A stretch of 64,000 nt of DNA, taken from assembly GCA_021797555.1 (NCBI GenBank), contig JAJZZM010000015.1, positions 2,110 through 66,109 on the forward strand. Direction: 5' to 3'. The position numbers were made by a program, and so were the translations under genes. The notes beneath the pieces were generated by a model. The model worked only from the letters and a program-made list of their open reading frames with translations, made no database searches and was not told the DNA's origin. The DNA comes from Thermoplasmata archaeon (lineage in GTDB: Archaea; Thermoplasmatota; Thermoplasmata; Thermoplasmatales; Thermoplasmataceae). Positions 58,222 through 64,000 of this stretch are shown piece after piece (the stretch's first letter is position 1; each line of letters begins with the position of its first letter).

Positions 58222-59748
58222 ATGAAAAAATATTTCTATATTATGAATATACTTACAGTTTTAACATTAATTTTTATATTCATAGGCATATTTTCATCAG
58301 TTTATGCTGTAACAATATTACATAATGGCAACATCGTCGATGATTTTTTTTCAGTGTTTTTCTGGTTAGCAACATTATTCTTTGGCATACAGAGTTTATC
58401 ATTTATGCTTGCATTCAGGAGAAGCAAATATAAATATGATACAACAACATCGAATAGTTTTATAAAATCATACAGGGAGAAAATAGCAATTTTAGTTCCA
58501 ATATACAATGAAGATATCAATATGGCAATGACAAATTTAATGGCAATATACAGTAATGTAGGAAATATTGCAAAACTGTATATATTAGATGATTCCACAA
58601 ACGATACGTCAACAAAACTAAGGGAGATATCGGATAAAATGAATGCAGTTTATATCCATAGAACAGATAGAACAGGATATAAGGCCGGTGCATTAAATAA
58701 CGCATTAAAAAATTTTGTTAATCAGGAATACGTTACGGTTCTGGATATTGACCAGATGCCGTCACCCGATTTTGTTCGGGAAACTGTAAATCTCCTGGAC
58801 AATAATCCTGACGCGGCATTTATCCAGGTTCCACAGTATTATGCAAACACGGATGCAAGTGCATTGGCCGAAATGGCTGAGGCACAGCAGTTTATTTTTT
58901 ATGAAATATTAACAGAGGGCAAGAGTGTACTGGGTTCATTATTTTCATGTGGAACCAATGTTATATATAGAAGATCAGCACTGGCAGAAGTAAATTATTT
59001 TGATGGGACAAATCTGGTTGAGGACATTGCAACATCGGTTAATATGATATCAAAAGGATATAAGGGTTTATATTACAATAAAAAACTTGTATTTGGTAGG
59101 GCACCTACAACAATGGAGGGATATATAAATCAGCAATGGAGGTGGTCAGCCGGTTCACTGGCACTTATGAAAAAAATTTTTAAAAATATAATATTCAAAA
59201 GAAAATATGGTCTGAAAATGAAAATAGACTGGTTTGCAACATCAACATGGTATTTATTTGGCTGGTTCTATTTAATGTTTTTATTAGCCCCAATACTTGA
59301 TATTTTTCATGTGAGGGTATTGATAATGAATCCGTATATTTACATACTGGCATGGCTGCCATACACTATAGTTTTAATGTTTACATTTATAATGACGCAT
59401 GTGGATAAGGGCGCACCCATGAAATATGTTTTTTATAATATGGCTGCAAATTTAGTTTTATTTCCACTGAGCATATCGGTTACATTAAGCGTTATATTAA
59501 AAAAGAAAAAGCCATTTACAACTGCAAGGACAGGTGGTAAGCTTCCATGGTATAAATTTTTGCCGCAGATAATAATTATGGTATCGATATTTATAGCATC
59601 ATCAATATTAACATATGAGGGTGGCTTTTATAATTATATAACAGCATTCTGGGGTTATTTCCAGTTTATGCTTCTAACACCTATATTTATATTAAATAGG
59701 ACTCCAAGGGAGTCATCAATTGATATTCCTGTTTTCAAGGATTATTGA
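58222..59748 (+). CDS. processive family-2 glycosyltransferase (cellulose/chitin-synthase-like), membrane-embedded
   Basis: YILDDSTND, VLDIDQMP, VEDIATS and QQWRWSAGS (the D, DxD, ED, QxxRW set). There are 2 N-terminal and several C-terminal TM helices. The gene starts 1 nt after the ATPase stop. Confidence 0.8.
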   Translation: MKKYFYIMNILTVLTLIFIFIGIFSSVYAVTILHNGNIVDDFFSVFFWLATLFFGIQSLSFMLAFRRSKYKYDTTTSNSFIKSYREKIAILVPIYNEDINMAMTNLMAIYSNVGNIAKLYILDDSTNDTSTKLREISDKMNAVYIHRTDRTGYKAGALNNALKNFVNQEYVTVLDIDQMPSPDFVRETVNLLDNNPDAAFIQVPQYYANTDASALAEMAEAQQFIFYEILTEGKSVLGSLFSCGTNVIYRRSALAEVNYFDGTNLVEDIATSVNMISKGYKGLYYNKKLVFGRAPTTMEGYINQQWRWSAGSLALMKKIFKNIIFKRKYGLKMKIDWFATSTWYLFGWFYLMFLLAPILDIFHVRVLIMNPYIYILAWLPYTIVLMFTFIMTHVDKGAPMKYVFYNMAANLVLFPLSISVTLSVILKKKKPFTTARTGGKLPWYKFLPQIIIMVSIFIASSILTYEGGFYNYITAFWGYFQFMLLTPIFILNRTPRESSIDIPVFKDY

Positions 59749-59852
59749 TTAAAATATTGTTTTTCCATATTATTATTCCATTATATGGTTTTCTTATATT
59801 ATTTATTATTCCATCTATGTTTATATTTTCCATATATTATGTAGTTTTCTAT

Positions 59853-60668
59853 TTATATATTTATTCTTTCGGGCTTTGTGTATATATTAAATCTATTATC
59901 CCTGACAAAAGAAATCAATGTTATATTGAACGCTTCTGCGAGTTCAATTGCCAGTGATGATGGTGCAGAAACAGAGCTTATAACCGATATGCCGAACATT
60001 GAGGCTTTCTGTACTATCTCAAAGCTTGCCCTGCCACTTACCTGCATTAATGTATCTTCCCTGCGGTCAATGCCATTCAATAGAAATTTGCCTATTGACT
60101 TGTCAACAGCGTTATGCCTGCCAATATCCTCGGAAATATTTAATAAATTCCCTGAATAATCAAATATGGCTGCAGCATGTATGCCGCCGGTATACCTGAA
60201 TATTTTCTGGTTGTTTTTCATTTTGCCCGGCAATGAAAGGATTAGATCAGGTTCTATCATCTCCTTTATTTTGATTATTTTAGGGTTTTTTATAAAAACA
60301 TTGTCTATATTTGTTTTGCCGCATACACCGCAGCTTGAGTTAACATAGAAGTTTCTTTCATTAATTAAATCCTTATTTATATTTTTAACATAAACATTTA
60401 TTATATTATTCATTTCATTTGTTTTTGAATTTTTATCATAATCCATGGATATATAATCATCAAGTTTTATTGTCCCCTCATCAAATAAAAAACCCAGTGC
60501 CAGAGGAAAGTCATCTACAGGTGTCCTCATTATTACTGATACCGGCTCAATATCATTGTTATTTACTAACCTTATTTCAAGTGGCTCCTCACCGGTAATA
60601 TAATCATCATAATTACTGGCACTGCCTGAAAAAAATTTAATAATTTTTTTATTTATATATGCATTCAT
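59853..60668 (-). CDS. fdhD: formate dehydrogenase accessory sulfurtransferase FdhD
   Basis: SSCGVCGK and TGGIHAAAIFD motifs. The gene is in an fdh context. Confidence 0.85.
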   Translation of the reverse strand: MNAYINKKIIKFFSGSASNYDDYITGEEPLEIRLVNNNDIEPVSVIMRTPVDDFPLALGFLFDEGTIKLDDYISMDYDKNSKTNEMNNIINVYVKNINKDLINERNFYVNSSCGVCGKTNIDNVFIKNPKIIKIKEMIEPDLILSLPGKMKNNQKIFRYTGGIHAAAIFDYSGNLLNISEDIGRHNAVDKSIGKFLLNGIDRREDTLMQVSGRASFEIVQKASMFGISVISSVSAPSSLAIELAEAFNITLISFVRDNRFNIYTKPERINI

Positions 60669-61102
60669 TTTTCTATTCCTGATAATATTTTCAGGAATAA
60701 CATTATTGTTTTAGCAGTATCCTTATTGTTTATCAGTTTTATTATCTCAGTTATTCCATACCTATCCTCGCTTAGTTCTGCACTGTTTATTGAATCGCCA
60801 AGTTTTGACATTAAATCATATGTTCTATCAGTGTCTATTTTGGATAATAGCGCAAAAACATTAAAAATATTTGTAACAGCCTTTTTCGTATCATCTGAAT
60901 TCAGCTGGTCAGACATGGAATCAATTATATATTTATAATTCCTGGCCATTGCATTAATTAATGTTAATAAACCGGAATCATTCAAGGATTTAACCGTTTT
61001 AAACAGATTATCAATGCTCTCTTTATATTCTTTAGGTATCAGCGTGTTAGTCTCTTCATCAACATTTTCAATATATTCTATAGGTTTTGCCATTTCAATC
61101 AT
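60665..61102 (-). CDS. DUF1641-like protein
   Basis: 145-aa helical protein lying between fdhA and fdhD and overlapping both, which is the usual position for DUF1641. The assignment rests on context plus length. Confidence 0.5.
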   Translation of the reverse strand: MIEMAKPIEYIENVDEETNTLIPKEYKESIDNLFKTVKSLNDSGLLTLINAMARNYKYIIDSMSDQLNSDDTKKAVTNIFNVFALLSKIDTDRTYDLMSKLGDSINSAELSEDRYGITEIIKLINNKDTAKTIMLFLKILSGIEK

Positions 61103-64000
61103 CCGTTAATTTTTTATAATCACTTCTCTTCCATTTCATCTCTATATTTATCCCCTTCTGTGGAAAACGCCTATAATATCTTGGGTTTGTCTTCGGCAGC
61201 GGTGAATCACCACTTTCCTTTAATTTTGTTATTTTTACGGGCAATTCTTTGTATGCAGGTGTATCTGAATCAGGGTCGGTTGTATATGAAGTTAATAAAT
61301 TAACACCGTTATTTTCACCTATGGCATTCATTGGCATGTATAATTCATTGTGGCTTACCCTGTCAGTTATTAATGCCTTAACCTTTACACTGCCCCATTT
61401 AGATGTTACCCTTACATAATCGCCGGTATTTAACTTATATTCTTTTGCGAGTTCCTCCGAGATCTCGATAAATGAATCCGGAACCTTTTCTTTTATGCCT
61501 GCTGTTTTGAATGTCTCATTGCCCTCATGGAAGTGCTCAAGCATTCTGCCATTATTTAAATGCAGTGGGTATTCTTCGCTTTCTGTTAAGGGTGGCCTGT
61601 ATTTTAAAGAATAAAGCCTTGCCTTTCCATCCGGGAAATGAAATTCCTTTTCATATAAATATTCTGTACCTTCACCATTTTCCTTCATTGGCCACTGTAA
61701 ACTCTTAAACCCTTCAAGCTTTGTATAATTAACACCTTTAAACATAGGTGATAATTCCGCGGCCTCATCCATTATATCGGAAGGATGGCTATAATTCCAT
61801 TTAGCGCCAAGATTGTTTGCTATTTTCTGTATTATTTCCCAGTCAGGTTTTGTATCGGCATATGGATCCATTACCCTATATAATCTTTGTATTCTCCTTT
61901 CTGTATTTGTGAATGTCCCTTCCTTTTCAAGGCTTACGGATGACGGGAGGATAACATCCGCAAATTTTGCTGTTTCAGAGAAGAATGGATCCTCCACTAT
62001 AAGGAAATCAAGTTTTCCTAATGATTCCCGCACCATATTTGAATCCGGTCCAGTGGAGGCAAGTTCCTCTCCTACAACGTACATTGCTTTTATTTTATTA
62101 TTATCAATGTTCTCTATGCACGATACATTATCTATTCCGGGCTTACTGGATAATTTTGTTTTCCATGCCTTTTCAAATTTATCTATTATTTTATTATCAT
62201 TTATTGGCTGGTATCCCGGCAAATATGTAGGCATTGAACCAAAATCGCTTGCTCCCTGTACATTGTTGTGTCCCCTTAATGGATATGCCCCTGTTCCGGG
62301 CCTACCATAATTGCCGGTTATCAATAATAGATTTGATATTGCTGTGGAAACATCAGAACCTGCAGAATGCTGGGTAACTCCCATTGCCCAGAGTATGCAC
62401 ATGCTCTTTACACTGTGGATCATTTCAGCTGTTTTTATTATTTTATCTCTGCTTATATTTGCTATTTCCTCAGCATTTTCCAGTGTAAATGCTTCCAAGC
62501 TCTTATAATACTCATCAAAATTGTTTACCCTTTTATTTATAAAATCCTTATCATGCCAGTTTTTATCTATTATATATTTTGTAATTGCAGATAATAATAC
62601 GAGGTCCGTTCCGGGTGCAGGATGCAGATATATGTCGGCACGTTCTGCCATTTCATTTTTCCTTAAATCTGAAACTATTAATTTCTGCCCATTTAATTTA
62701 TGTGCCCTTTTAACTCTTGTTGCCAAAACCGGATGTGATTCTGCAGTATTTGCACCAACAATCATTACAAGTTCAGATTTATATATGTCCTGTATTGACC
62801 CTGCATCCCCTCCATAGCCTACAGTTCTCCACAGTCCGGTAGTTGCAGGGGCCTGGCAGAATCTTGATGAATTATCAATATTATTATTGTGGAACACCTG
62901 CCTGGCAAGTTTCTGCATTAAATATGATTCCTCGTTTGTTCCCTTTGATGAGGCTATAAACATTACAGATTCATTGCCATATTTCTCAGAGGCTTTTTTC
63001 AAGCCGTCTGCTGCAAATCTTAAAGCCTCATCCCATGACGCTTCCACAAATTTTCCATTTTTCCTTATCAATGGTCTTTTTAATCTATCACTGCTGTTAA
63101 CAAAGTCCCATCCAAATTTGCCTTTAATGCAGGTAGATATTCCATTTGCAGGAGATTCAACCTCTGGCTGTACCTTTAAAATTTTTCTTCCTTTAGTCCA
63201 CATTGTGTATGAACATCCGACACCGCAGTATGTGCATACAGTTTTTGTCTTTTTTATCTGTTCATTTCTCATCTGTGATTCAATATTGCTGATTTTCATT
63301 ATCATTCCAATGCCTGTAGGTTTTTCTAATCCCTTTCCAAAATCCACTAAATTATCCTTCGCTTTTTTTGTCAATGATGTAAAATAACCCGCCTCTTCCA
63401 GCATCGGCTTCTCCATCAATGCATTTACGGGGCAAACAGTTACACAGTGGCCACAGGAAACACATGAAGACTCATTTATAGGCCTGTTGTCATCCCATAT
63501 AACCCTTGGTTTTTCCATGGACCAGTCTATGCTAAGTGTTTCATTGACCTCAATGTCCTGGCATGCCTCAACACACCTGCCACATAATATGCATTCATCC
63601 GGGTCATACCTGTAAAATGGGTTTGAATAATCAGGTTCGTACCCCTTTTTCTCAAATGGGTATTCCTGCCTGTCTAAATTTAACTGGTCAACAGCATTAT
63701 GCAGTGCACAGTCACCGTTGTTATTTTCACATACTGTACAGTGTAAATTATGCCTTGTTAACAATCTATTCACGGCCTCTAATTGCCTTGAGTGTACATC
63801 TTCTGCTTCATATGATATATCCATATTATCTTCAATTCCTGTTGAACATGACCTTACAAATTTGCCATTTGCCTTAACAATGCATGTATCACATGATTCT
63901 ATAGGCCCAAGAGCAGGATTGTAACATACATGTGGTATATCTATATTATTTTCTGTCATGGCTTCAAGAATAGTTTTACCCTTTTCGGCGTTGTATTCTT
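61095..64000 (-). CDS. fdhA: formate dehydrogenase alpha subunit (molybdopterin, Cys type) with N-terminal 2Fe-2S/4Fe-4S domains; 5' end outside the window
   Basis: CILCGRCVEAC, CVSCGHCVTVCP, CTYCGVGCS and SRFCQAPATTG. The frame stays open upstream of the first in-window Met (...EYNAEKGKTILEA-MTENN) through to position 64000. Confidence 0.9.
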   Translation of the reverse strand, partial: EYNAEKGKTILEAMTENNIDIPHVCYNPALGPIESCDTCIVKANGKFVRSCSTGIEDNMDISYEAEDVHSRQLEAVNRLLTRHNLHCTVCENNNGDCALHNAVDQLNLDRQEYPFEKKGYEPDYSNPFYRYDPDECILCGRCVEACQDIEVNETLSIDWSMEKPRVIWDDNRPINESSCVSCGHCVTVCPVNALMEKPMLEEAGYFTSLTKKAKDNLVDFGKGLEKPTGIGMIMKISNIESQMRNEQIKKTKTVCTYCGVGCSYTMWTKGRKILKVQPEVESPANGISTCIKGKFGWDFVNSSDRLKRPLIRKNGKFVEASWDEALRFAADGLKKASEKYGNESVMFIASSKGTNEESYLMQKLARQVFHNNNIDNSSRFCQAPATTGLWRTVGYGGDAGSIQDIYKSELVMIVGANTAESHPVLATRVKRAHKLNGQKLIVSDLRKNEMAERADIYLHPAPGTDLVLLSAITKYIIDKNWHDKDFINKRVNNFDEYYKSLEAFTLENAEEIANISRDKIIKTAEMIHSVKSMCILWAMGVTQHSAGSDVSTAISNLLLITGNYGRPGTGAYPLRGHNNVQGASDFGSMPTYLPGYQPINDNKIIDKFEKAWKTKLSSKPGIDNVSCIENIDNNKIKAMYVVGEELASTGPDSNMVRESLGKLDFLIVEDPFFSETAKFADVILPSSVSLEKEGTFTNTERRIQRLYRVMDPYADTKPDWEIIQKIANNLGAKWNYSHPSDIMDEAAELSPMFKGVNYTKLEGFKSLQWPMKENGEGTEYLYEKEFHFPDGKARLYSLKYRPPLTESEEYPLHLNNGRMLEHFHEGNETFKTAGIKEKVPDSFIEISEELAKEYKLNTGDYVRVTSKWGSVKVKALITDRVSHNELYMPMNAIGENNGVNLLTSYTTDPDSDTPAYKELPVKITKLKESGDSPLPKTNPRYYRRFPQKGINIEMKWKRSDYKKLTDD

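Overview
This is an AT-rich archaeal chromosome segment. The taxon call is inference only: TTTATATA-like boxes about 25 nt upstream of many start codons, split archaeal-type glutamate synthase genes and DUF234/DUF4143 ATPases suggest a Thermoplasmata-like organism. No rRNA gene, tRNA gene or CRISPR array was seen.

The left ~29 kb is an accessory, defence-type island. It holds five toxin-antitoxin pairs:
- a Panacea-like/PIN pair
- two VapBC-like pairs
- MNT/HepT
- AbiEii/AbiEi

It also holds an orphan RHH gene, an SNF2 helicase + SWIM zinc-finger pair bracketed by dead abiEii 5' ends, three AAA-type ATPase loci (two of them decayed), and several transporters. An IS200/IS605-family tnpB-only element sits exactly 3' of a TTAC inside the HepT toxin gene. 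Related miniature derivatives lie at 40.1 kb and 54.5 kb, and an unrelated tnpB relic lies at 27.5 kb.

My top candidate for a new system is 2737-4465. An Asn-rich secreted protein ends in a Cys-X53-Cys hydrophobic hairpin and is followed by a small 2-TM gene. A promoter-less orphan copy of the tail + 2-TM module follows, which is the architecture of a polymorphic toxin/immunity locus.

The centre and right of the window are mostly core metabolism:
- glgX
- an asparaginase / permease / aminotransferase / amidohydrolase cluster
- ilvBNC and ilvD
- amt
- split GOGAT
- fdhA / DUF1641 / fdhD

This stretch is interrupted at 54.9-59.7 kb by a second candidate module: two uncharacterised paralogues sharing a 125-nt near-identical tract, a KaiC/RecA-like ATPase, and a processive GT2 synthase.
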